64,000 nt of DNA from an uncultured Porphyromonadaceae bacterium (GTDB taxonomy: Bacteria; Bacteroidota; Bacteroidia; Bacteroidales; Muribaculaceae): the NCBI GenBank assembly GCA_947073495.1, contig CAMTMX010000003.1:9702-73701 (forward strand). Direction: 5' to 3'. Shown here piece by piece: positions 55,849 to 64,000 of the stretch (position 1 is the stretch's first letter; each line of letters starts with the position of its first letter). A program made the position numbers and the translations under genes. The notes under the pieces were generated by a model that did not search any database, was not told the origin of the DNA, and saw only the letters and a program-made list of their open reading frames with translations.

Positions 55849-58800
55849 ATGAGCAAAACGATACTTTTCATATACTATTACTTCAAGAGGCAGTCGTGGG
55901 CAGCATGGACACTATTTACAGTGTTGACGTGTACTCTTGTGCTATCAGTTATCTCACTGCATTATAAAGAGGATATTTCCGATTTCCTGCCGTTGGATGA
56001 TGATAATCAAACTGCATTGGCAGTATATCAGGATATATCTGGAGCGAATAAAATATATGCAATCATTGGAGTCAAAGACACAACATCTGTAGAACCTCAA
56101 AAGCTTGTTGATGGAGTAGAGATGTTTGTAAGTAATCTGGAAGATATGGATTCTCTCCATTATATAAAGAATATTGTCAAAGAAATTGACATGGAGAAAA
56201 TACTCGGTATCGCAGATGAGGTTTATGATAATATTCCGTACTTTCTTACTGATAACGATTACGCTCGAATTGATTCGTTGCTTTCTGAGCCGGATTATAT
56301 AGATAACCAGATAGACGAAGATAAGCAGCTTTTGCTTTTTCCGACTTCTAATCTTATGGTCACAAATATTGCCCGTGATCCGTTAAACCTGTTTTCACCA
56401 ATAATCAACCGTTTATCTGGTGGAGAATCTCCGATTGCATATGAATCATACGATGGTTATATATTATCGCCTGATTCTAATAGAGCTATTGTGATTTTAG
56501 AATCTTCATTTGGAGCTCATGAGTCAGAGCATAATGCTAAAATTGCCCAGATGCTCCAAGAGGCATCAGAAGAGACTGAGAAAAATGACTCTGATCTTGA
56601 TATTCACATCATTGGAGGCCCGGTCATTGCCGTGTCAAATGCAAATCAAATTAAATCTGATAGCATCCTCGCTGTATGTATTGCCGGAGTGTTAATATTG
56701 GCACTTCTGATATATGTGTTTCGCAATTTCCGCAATATATTGTTGATTGTTGTATCCGTCGGCTGGGGATGGATTTTTGCCATGGGGGTTATAGGATTGT
56801 TTTATAGCTCTGTCTCCATCATTGTAATAGGTATAGCTTCCGTGATTTTAGGAATCGCGGTTAATTATCCATTACATTTAATTGACCATTTAAAAGACAG
56901 CGAGAATCCCCGTGCAGCTATAAAAGAGATTATAGGTCCGCTTGTCGTAGGAAATGTTACGACAGTCGGTGCGTTTCTATGTTTAGTTCCCTTGAATGCT
57001 CCTGCCCTTCACGATTTAGGATTATTTGCTTCATTACTTTTAATAGGAACTATTGCTTTTGTATTGTTGTTCCTCCCGCAGATTGTAAAGACAAGAAAGC
57101 CAGGAGAAAAACATATTTCGGATCCTATACTTATAACCCGTTTGGCGAATGTTTCTTTGGAAAATAACAAATGGTTAGTTGTTGCAATATTAATTCTTAC
57201 TCTGATATTTGGCTATTTCAGTTTTAAAACTGAATTCGATTCCGATATGCGAAATATCAATTTTATGACTCCCGAACAACGTACTGATTTGTCCTACTTC
57301 CAAGGATTGATTTCAAAATCAAATGGAACTGAGAATGTTTATGTAGTTAGTAATGGTAAAAACTGGGATGAGGCATTAATCCAAAATGAGGTAATAACTC
57401 ATAGCATTGATTCTCTTGTTGAAAACGGTTTAGCTACAAAGCATAATAACGTATCAGATTTTCTTTGTTCTGATGTTCAGCAAAAAATTAGGTTAAACAA
57501 ATGGAATAAATTTATAAGCCGATATAATGCTGAATTAAATAATCGATTATCTGACGCTGCTAAGTCTAATGGGTTTAACGCCAAGGCGTTTGCTCCGTTC
57601 TTCGATATAATCAATAGAAAATATGAAGTTGCCGATTTTGAGCGATTTGATGGTCTGATTTCAACGGCATTCTCCGGTAACATCAGCACTGACGAATCAA
57701 ATAACAGAAAGTCTATTGTTCAGACACTTGAAGTTAAACATGAAGATATTGATTATATTAAAAATCATCTTAATAATAATGGAGAGTTCAGTGGTCTGAT
57801 ATTCGATGTTAAGAGTATGAATGGTTCAATAGCCAACACTTTGTCTGATGACTTCAATTACATCGGGATTGTGTGTGGTTTCATAGTATTTGTATTCCTT
57901 TGGATAGCTCTTGGAAGTATAGAACTGGCTATTGTTTCTTTTCTGCCAATGGCAATCAGTTGGATATGGATTCTCGGGATTATGGGGTTATTAGGTATTA
58001 AATTCAACATTGTGAATGTAATACTTGCAACCTTTATCTTTGGTCAAGGTGATGATTACACCATATTCATGACAGAAGGCCTATCTTATGAACTGGCTTA
58101 TAGGAAACGGCTTCTCGCTTCATATAAGAACAGTATAATCGTATCTGCCTTAATTATGTTCATCGGTATCGGTACACTTATTTTTGCCAAGCATCCTGCA
58201 CTACGGAGTTTGGGAGAAGTTACAATTGTGGGAATGTTATCAGTAGTTTTGATGGCATATTTATTCCCTCCTTTAGTTTTCAACTGGCTTGTCCGTAAAA
58301 ACGGAAAGTTGAGAAAACGACCCATAACCCTAAAGAAAATATTGTGTACCGGTTTCTGTGCAGGAGTATTCCTAACCCAATTATTTACGGGTTATATTTT
58401 GGGTTTCTTTATGCTTATCCTCACAAAACCCACAGATAAGAAACGTCTGTTATTACATAGATACTGTTGCTCTGTATTTAGATGGGACGTTAAACGTATG
58501 CCAGGATTAAAATTTAGATTTGAGAATTATTTCAATGAAAAATTCCATAAACCTGCTGTTATAATCAGCAATCATCAATCTTTGCTGGATTCATTCTATT
58601 TGATGACATTAACTCCAAAAATGGTTATGATTGCGAATGATCATGTTGGAACCAATTTTATTACAGGTAGAATGTTCCGCTGGTTGGGCTTTATTACAGT
58701 TGGAATGGGCATTGAAAAAATGGTTGAGCGAGTTCGTCCTTACGTTAATCAAGGGTATAGTATAGCTATTTTCCCAGAAGGAGAGCGCCCGCGGAATGTG

Positions 58801-59481
58801 AGCAATTTTGTAAAGAGATTTCACAAAGGAATGATTCAGTTTGCCGATGATTTACAATTGGATATCGTGCCTATTTATCTGCATGGAATCGTCCAATCTA
58901 TGCCTAAAGGATCTGCATTGTCAAATGGTGGCGAAGTTGTTGTGGAGATCGGTCACCGTATTGCGCTTGAAAAAATTAAATCTATGGGAGAAACTCATAA
59001 GGAGCAAGCACAATCAATACGCCATTTATATCAAACTCATTTTACTCAATTATGTCAGAACCAATCAACTATATTGCTTCTAAAGGATGCTGTCTATGAT
59101 AGGTACCGATATAAAGGAGCTGAAATAGAGCGGAATGCAAAAAAAACTTTGAAATCATTTATGGCTTATGCCGACAAAATTGAAGGGAAGTATGATGGCA
59201 ATGATTTCATGGTAATAGATGAAGTTGGGCAAGGGGAGCTGGCTCTTCTATTATCTCTTATGTACCCTGAAAGGCAAATATTGCTATATCTTAATAATAA
59301 TGAAAACACAGAAATAGTAGAAGGATGCCTTCAAGGATATGTTTCTAATGTTCGATTCATTACCGCTGATTCGATATCGTCTCGATATATTGATGGAATG
59401 CACCAATATATTGTCACCCAAGAAAATTCATCCTCTATGAACAGTATAGGTCCCAATACAGTTTTTATTTATATTAAGTAA
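55849..59481 (+). CDS. Tripartite fusion: MMPL/RND-type transporter + PlsC-type acyltransferase + Rossmann (methyltransferase-like) domain
   Basis: About 12 TM helices with two large loops in the first 800 aa or so; NHQSLLD and FPEGERP; C-terminal VIDEVGQGELAL glycine-rich motif. Confidence 0.8.
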   Translation: MSKTILFIYYYFKRQSWAAWTLFTVLTCTLVLSVISLHYKEDISDFLPLDDDNQTALAVYQDISGANKIYAIIGVKDTTSVEPQKLVDGVEMFVSNLEDMDSLHYIKNIVKEIDMEKILGIADEVYDNIPYFLTDNDYARIDSLLSEPDYIDNQIDEDKQLLLFPTSNLMVTNIARDPLNLFSPIINRLSGGESPIAYESYDGYILSPDSNRAIVILESSFGAHESEHNAKIAQMLQEASEETEKNDSDLDIHIIGGPVIAVSNANQIKSDSILAVCIAGVLILALLIYVFRNFRNILLIVVSVGWGWIFAMGVIGLFYSSVSIIVIGIASVILGIAVNYPLHLIDHLKDSENPRAAIKEIIGPLVVGNVTTVGAFLCLVPLNAPALHDLGLFASLLLIGTIAFVLLFLPQIVKTRKPGEKHISDPILITRLANVSLENNKWLVVAILILTLIFGYFSFKTEFDSDMRNINFMTPEQRTDLSYFQGLISKSNGTENVYVVSNGKNWDEALIQNEVITHSIDSLVENGLATKHNNVSDFLCSDVQQKIRLNKWNKFISRYNAELNNRLSDAAKSNGFNAKAFAPFFDIINRKYEVADFERFDGLISTAFSGNISTDESNNRKSIVQTLEVKHEDIDYIKNHLNNNGEFSGLIFDVKSMNGSIANTLSDDFNYIGIVCGFIVFVFLWIALGSIELAIVSFLPMAISWIWILGIMGLLGIKFNIVNVILATFIFGQGDDYTIFMTEGLSYELAYRKRLLASYKNSIIVSALIMFIGIGTLIFAKHPALRSLGEVTIVGMLSVVLMAYLFPPLVFNWLVRKNGKLRKRPITLKKILCTGFCAGVFLTQLFTGYILGFFMLILTKPTDKKRLLLHRYCCSVFRWDVKRMPGLKFRFENYFNEKFHKPAVIISNHQSLLDSFYLMTLTPKMVMIANDHVGTNFITGRMFRWLGFITVGMGIEKMVERVRPYVNQGYSIAIFPEGERPRNVSNFVKRFHKGMIQFADDLQLDIVPIYLHGIVQSMPKGSALSNGGEVVVEIGHRIALEKIKSMGETHKEQAQSIRHLYQTHFTQLCQNQSTILLLKDAVYDRYRYKGAEIERNAKKTLKSFMAYADKIEGKYDGNDFMVIDEVGQGELALLLSLMYPERQILLYLNNNENTEIVEGCLQGYVSNVRFITADSISSRYIDGMHQYIVTQENSSSMNSIGPNTVFIYIK

Positions 59482-59495
59482 TACATTACCTAATA

Positions 59496-60800
59496 ATGAA
59501 GCCTATAAGTATCGTCATCCCCATGTTGCTTGTAATTAGCAATTATGCTTATTCTCAGGTCAATCAAACCTCGCCTGTAATACATTCCGATAATTCGGTT
59601 TCATTCTCTTTTGTCGCGCCTGATGCAAAAGAGGTTATCCTAAAAGGATCTTTTCTCCAGCGCAAAAGCTATATCAAAACAGAATCGGGAGCAGTGACAA
59701 AAGATGGATCAGTAAAAATGACTCGTGAAGGTAATCGTTGGATCTATACAACTGCACCTTTGCCATCAGAGTTCTATACCTATACTTTTGAGATAGATGG
59801 CAAACCTCGGATTGATAGAAATAATAAGAATGTGATTCGGGATATCGCAGATTCATTGAACTATTTCGTAATTAGAAATGGCATAGCAGACAATTATGTT
59901 GTTAACGATGTACCTCATGGTACCGTGAAAAAGGTGTGGTATCCTTCAACACTTGATGGCATGGACAAACGTAGAATGACTGTATATCTCCCAACTGCAT
60001 ATACTGCAAATAAGAATAAACGATTCCCGGTTCTATACCTTCTGCATGGTTCTGGCGGTGATGAAAACTCATGGAGTGATGGAGGTCGTGCGATTCAAAT
60101 TCTTGACAATATGATAGCCCGTGGGGAATGTGAACCAATGATTGTTGTTATGCCAAATGGCAATGTAAACCTTGCAGCTGCCCCCGGAGAAGACCCTAAT
60201 AATCCAGATGTTAATCCATCTGCCAACAATACTGATTCTATGTTGGGCAAAATAGAATCAGTATTTATGGATGAAGTCGTTAACTTTGTTGACAATAATT
60301 TTAGGACACTTAATGACAAATCTCATAGAGCGATTGCCGGCCTCTCTCTCGGTGGTTTACATACTCTTTTTATTTCGCTTAATAATCCGCTGAGTTTTGA
60401 TTATGTAGGACTTTTTTCAGCTCAAACTACTAATGCCCTAAGTGAAGGGAGAATCAGTGGAATGCAGAAAATTGGTGATAAATGGAAACAATTGAAAGAA
60501 AACATTCCATTTATTGGCGGTGGCAGTGTTGACAGAACCATCTCAAAATATACCTCTGATGACTTGTCAATTTATGATAATATTGATCTTAAATTGAAAT
60601 ATCAATTTAAGATACCGCCAAAATTATATTATATCGCCGTCGGAAGAGATGATTTTGTTAAAAAGCTCAATGATGACTTCAGAAAGAAACTCAACGCGAA
60701 AGGCTATCAATTCTACTATAATGAGACTGATGGTGCCCATACATGGGATAATTGGAGAAAGGATTTAGTTGACTTCTTACCAAGGATTTTTAAAGACTAA
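59496..60800 (+). CDS. Secreted esterase (Ig-like N-terminal domain + esterase-D/putative-esterase fold)
   Basis: Signal peptide; LYLLHGSGGDENSW; nucleophile elbow GLSLGG; C-terminal GAHTW. Confidence 0.78.
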   Translation: MKPISIVIPMLLVISNYAYSQVNQTSPVIHSDNSVSFSFVAPDAKEVILKGSFLQRKSYIKTESGAVTKDGSVKMTREGNRWIYTTAPLPSEFYTYTFEIDGKPRIDRNNKNVIRDIADSLNYFVIRNGIADNYVVNDVPHGTVKKVWYPSTLDGMDKRRMTVYLPTAYTANKNKRFPVLYLLHGSGGDENSWSDGGRAIQILDNMIARGECEPMIVVMPNGNVNLAAAPGEDPNNPDVNPSANNTDSMLGKIESVFMDEVVNFVDNNFRTLNDKSHRAIAGLSLGGLHTLFISLNNPLSFDYVGLFSAQTTNALSEGRISGMQKIGDKWKQLKENIPFIGGGSVDRTISKYTSDDLSIYDNIDLKLKYQFKIPPKLYYIAVGRDDFVKKLNDDFRKKLNAKGYQFYYNETDGAHTWDNWRKDLVDFLPRIFKD

Positions 60801-60881
60801 AGTCTTTTGCAAGATCCCATTATAGTTCGTTCCTTAAAATTTCGAGAGCGTGGAGGCAGCGATTTTTTAAGGAACGCTCTC

Positions 60882-61466
60882 TTAAGGTCTCGATTTGCGT
60901 TTGTATCCGAACTCTCTCCATATCTCTTCTTTACAATCTCCCTGCTGGAGTTCGTAACGTGACATTATAAAAAACAGATCCGACAACCGATTAAGGTAGA
61001 TTAGAATTGTCTCAGGAACCGGATCCTCTTTATGGAGTCGCCACAACCACCTCTCTGCTTTTCTTGCCAAAACCCTTGCCTGATGCAAGGATGATACCAA
61101 TGGAGTACCTCCCGGCAAAATGAAACTGTCGGCAGGAGAACACTGCTTGTTGATTTCATCAATACAATGTTCCAAAGCATCCACCAAATCTTCAGGCAGA
61201 CTATTAGGATTTTTTTCTCTCATATCGCTCCTAGTAGCAACGAGACTCATAGCCGTCATCAGATTTAACTGTATACCCCTTAACAGAGGCTGCCACTCAT
61301 GATCTGACAATAAAGAGGTACGGATCGAACCGACCGCTACATTCAATTCATCGATACAGCCGTTGGCTTCAATTCTGATATCTGTTTTAGAGACCCTTAG
61401 ACCGCCATGAATTCCTGTTGTCCCTGAGTCGCCTGTTCTTGTGTAAATTCTGTTCATTATCTCCAA
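60882..61466 (-). CDS. PduO-type ATP:cob(I)alamin adenosyltransferase
   Basis: IYTRTGDSGTTG N-terminal motif and helical-bundle length. Confidence 0.88.
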   Translation of the reverse strand: MEIMNRIYTRTGDSGTTGIHGGLRVSKTDIRIEANGCIDELNVAVGSIRTSLLSDHEWQPLLRGIQLNLMTAMSLVATRSDMREKNPNSLPEDLVDALEHCIDEINKQCSPADSFILPGGTPLVSSLHQARVLARKAERWLWRLHKEDPVPETILIYLNRLSDLFFIMSRYELQQGDCKEEIWREFGYKRKSRP

Positions 61467-62725
61467 AGGTTTAAAATATCGGTCTCACCCCAATATAAAT
61501 GGGAATAACCGGCAATTACATTCTTGAATCTATATACAGGTGTCGACACCTCTTTCCCACGGATATTATATTGTCGTGCAATCGATGGTAGACCTATAGT
61601 ATCCCTGACATCAGAGTAGTGAAATTCATGTCCTGACATTTCAAATCCGTCAAACACTATTTTACGGTAACCAAGTTGCAGGTGAGCATTTTCCATCGAA
61701 GTCTTCACCGGAAAAATTCCACACATTTTCTTTCCGTCAATTTCTTCGGTAAGATATATCATACCTCCACATTCCGCAAGTATTTTTCCGCCGGCTTCAG
61801 CATATTCTTTAATAGCCCGTCGCAACTCCAAATTTTTTTCCAATTCTGCTGCAAACAGTTCAGGGTAACCACCCGGGAGATAAATCAAATCTGCCTTAGG
61901 AAGCATATGGTCATGTAATGGAGAGAAATAGACAATATCAGCATGAAATGCATCCAGATTTACAGGATAGATAAAGTTAAATGCCTCGTCCCGGGCAACA
62001 GCCACCATCAGATTCCTCTTGTGAAGGTCCTGTATCTCAATTTTTCGGTCTGGGATAATTGTTGCATTCAGCAATCGGTCTATATTCACAGTATTCTCTG
62101 TTTCAAAAGCCGCTCTATCTACAAATTTTTCTATCCCCTTCTGAGATTCAAGCGACAACCCAAGATGACGTGACGGTGTCAGCAGTTCGTCATTTTTGCC
62201 TATATACCCGAAACATGCCACCCCGGTAGCCCTGCATGCATCCTCCAGAAATGAAAAGTGATTGCGGGAAGCCACCCGGTTAAAAATGACTCCGGCAACT
62301 TTAACATCAGGACAAAAACGAGTGAATCCATATATCGTAGCTGCTACGGAAAAAGAGGTAGACGCTGCATTTATAAGCAAAATCACCGGCACGTTGAGTT
62401 TACGGGCTATGTCTGCGGCACTCCCCTTCATACCGTCGAAACCATCAAACATACCCATCGCTCCCTCGATTATACTCACCTGTGAAGTTGACGAATACGT
62501 ATCGAACAATTTCCTGACATGAGATTCGGAAGCCATAAACAGATCCAGATTAATCGAATCTTTCCCTGTGGCGATCCTGTGATATTGCGTGTCGATGTAA
62601 TCCGGACCACACTTGAAGGGTTGAACCTCCACATTTCTGCGATTTAAGGCACGCATGAGTCCGAGGGATAAGGTTGTCTTTCCACTTCCCGACGAGGCAG
62701 CCGCTATTACGAATGCATTTTTCAT
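61457..62725 (-). CDS. cbiA: Cobyrinate a,c-diamide synthase
   Basis: AAASSGSGKTT P-loop; C-terminal glutamine amidotransferase context with ECGG. Confidence 0.9.
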   Translation of the reverse strand: MKNAFVIAAASSGSGKTTLSLGLMRALNRRNVEVQPFKCGPDYIDTQYHRIATGKDSINLDLFMASESHVRKLFDTYSSTSQVSIIEGAMGMFDGFDGMKGSAADIARKLNVPVILLINAASTSFSVAATIYGFTRFCPDVKVAGVIFNRVASRNHFSFLEDACRATGVACFGYIGKNDELLTPSRHLGLSLESQKGIEKFVDRAAFETENTVNIDRLLNATIIPDRKIEIQDLHKRNLMVAVARDEAFNFIYPVNLDAFHADIVYFSPLHDHMLPKADLIYLPGGYPELFAAELEKNLELRRAIKEYAEAGGKILAECGGMIYLTEEIDGKKMCGIFPVKTSMENAHLQLGYRKIVFDGFEMSGHEFHYSDVRDTIGLPSIARQYNIRGKEVSTPVYRFKNVIAGYSHLYWGETDILNLWR

Positions 62726-64000
62726 GATTCAATTCTACTTAATATTTTTCCATCATCAGACAGCAACACTGCATCAAGAATATTTGGAAATATTTCTGAG
62801 CACTGCTGATGACATCGTTTTAGAAGAGCCGGGAAGAAACAGGAAGCATCTGCCACACTCAGCAATGACGGGAGCTCCCGGGCGAGATTAAAACTATCAA
62901 TAACTGTAAGAGCTTCGTCAGAACAACCTGCATCTTTTGCCAATCGTTTCAGGAACTCTCTGTTTACGGTAATCTTATGGCTATGGGTATCCATATTCCC
63001 TTCCGCAAGTTTCACAGCTTTGCCAAGCATTATCCCTATGGTCATTCTCGCCACATTTTTCTCCTTACCGATTTCCATAGTCTCGCCGATAGAATTTCCA
63101 TAATGAATAAACGCATGTGGAGGTAGAGAGGGGAATAATGTTTTCATGAAACGCTCACTTTTCCCTCCGGAATTGACCACTACCCTTTCACAACTCATTG
63201 CGATTGCGACATCCATTCCCCTACGGATACAATCTATGAACGCCTCATGAGAGAATGGTCTGATAATTCCAGTTGTTCCTATAATCGACACACCTCCTAC
63301 CACGCCCACACGAGGATTAAAGGTTTTTTCTGCCAACTCTTTTCCGTTCTCAAGGGAAATAGTCACATCAAGTCCTCTTGAATATAGCGGCGAAAGTTCG
63401 TCAATTATGTTTGTTCGCGGAGCAGGGTTTATTGCAGGCTCCCCTATTTCCAATCCAAGTCCGGGTAAAGTTACGGTTCCAATCCCCTCTCCTCCATAAA
63501 ACTTTATACCGGCGTGGGAGGCATAAGCCACCGTTGCCGATATCCTGCTACCATGTGTGACATCAGGATCATCACCCGAGTCTTTTATCACGCTGGCTTT
63601 TGCAGAATTGGGAAATAATTCTACGGAATCTACCGGCATTTTCATCAATTCTCCCTCAGCGATCCTGAACGATATTTCCGCCATCTTCTTGCCTGACAGG
63701 AGCGCAATAAGCGCAGCTTTGGCAGCTGCTGTAGCGCACGAACCGGTAGTAAAACCGGTATGTAGCGGGTAAAACTCCGGTAATAATTTCTCTATTTCTC
63801 TACGCAAGCCATGTTTCCCTTCAACAATGATAAAATTTTTCGGCAACTCTGGTCTACGCACGACAAAAACTTTAACTCCACAAGACAGTGCGGCATCAAT
63901 CTTTTCTTTAAATCCGCCCGAGTCTCCGCTTTCTTTTGTAAGGATAGCATCGGGGTGAATTTCCTCTATTAGCGTTGAAGTTCCATTTTCTTCATAAAAT
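62722..64000 (-). CDS. cbiD: Cobalt-precorrin-5B methyltransferase CbiD, apparently fused in frame to a CbiJ/CobK-like reductase C-terminus (5-prime end outside the window)
   Basis: CbiD motifs TGFTTGSCATAAAKAA and GTTGI. The minus-strand frame stays open from 63861 to the window edge and reads ...ILTKESGDSGGFKEKIDAALSCGVKVFVV-RRPELP, which resembles the end of precorrin-6 reductases. Confidence 0.8.
   Translation of the reverse strand, partial: FYEENGTSTLIEEIHPDAILTKESGDSGGFKEKIDAALSCGVKVFVVRRPELPKNFIIVEGKHGLRREIEKLLPEFYPLHTGFTTGSCATAAAKAALIALLSGKKMAEISFRIAEGELMKMPVDSVELFPNSAKASVIKDSGDDPDVTHGSRISATVAYASHAGIKFYGGEGIGTVTLPGLGLEIGEPAINPAPRTNIIDELSPLYSRGLDVTISLENGKELAEKTFNPRVGVVGGVSIIGTTGIIRPFSHEAFIDCIRRGMDVAIAMSCERVVVNSGGKSERFMKTLFPSLPPHAFIHYGNSIGETMEIGKEKNVARMTIGIMLGKAVKLAEGNMDTHSHKITVNREFLKRLAKDAGCSDEALTVIDSFNLARELPSLLSVADASCFFPALLKRCHQQCSEIFPNILDAVLLSDDGKILSRIES

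Noticed and set aside
37042-60800. Classical flexirubin cluster with a dialkylresorcinol (DarA/DarB) branch
   Set aside because: I found no KAS-III-like DarB or DarA-type gene among the 24 ORFs. I therefore call the cluster aryl-polyene/flexirubin-type only, not flexirubin proper.
60801-60881. Possible cobalamin riboswitch near the cbi genes
   Set aside because: This spacer lies between the 3-prime ends of convergent genes and contains only a terminator-like long-loop hairpin (cgttccttaaaa...ttttaaggaacg). The 5-prime end of the cbi operon is outside the window.

Overview
This window looks like a Bacteroidales-type chromosomal segment. Three things point that way: TAnnTTTG -7 boxes upstream of many genes, the BT_3928/DUF1599 and HU-SPOR families, and SusC-less housekeeping context. 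All assignments come from reading motifs in the supplied translations and DNA; no database search was run.

Layout:
- 0.4-11.2 kb is housekeeping: CPBP protease, lptB, udk, mlaE/mlaF-like, lipB, lipA, a DsbD-like protein, a TPR protein and an HU-SPOR protein.
- 11.2-15.8 kb is a small accessory islet. It holds a tyrosine integrase, then a 22-bp inverted-repeat-flanked segment containing an outward-facing Bacteroides promoter, which I read as a candidate inverton. After that come a 41-bp perfect palindrome, an orphan terminator, a frameshifted Rpn/PDDEXK_2 gene and a GH43 gene.
- 15.8-31.9 kb is housekeeping: ald, DUF1015, a Fur-family regulator plus a porin, radA, trmH-like, nfo, an SLC45-like MFS, yraN, nadC, rlmH, the DoxX/DUF1599 pair and aguA/aguB.
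- 32.0-35.7 kb starts with a 550-bp ORF-free gap. It is followed by an rtcB operon that carries an unrecognisable 296-aa partner. A wHTH-WYL regulator is transcribed divergently across an 11-5-11 palindrome.
- 37.0-60.8 kb is one 24-gene co-directional operon. It looks like an aryl-polyene/flexirubin-type lipid-pigment cluster: ammonia-lyase, 3 KS, 2 KS-like partners, 2 ACP, KR, 2 DH, TE, MT, acyltransferases, a LolA-like protein and an MMPL fusion.
- 60.9-64.0 kb holds cobalamin genes: a PduO-type adenosyltransferase, cbiA and a cbiJ-cbiD fusion that runs off the window.

No rRNA, tRNA or CRISPR array was seen. Several families of short dispersed intergenic repeats are present and are not explained by the genes.

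The most promising candidates for something undescribed are:
- the WYL-controlled rtcB module with its unknown partner;
- the orphan aryl-polyene-type cluster, including its ambiguous ammonia-lyase;
- the integrase-linked invertible promoter.
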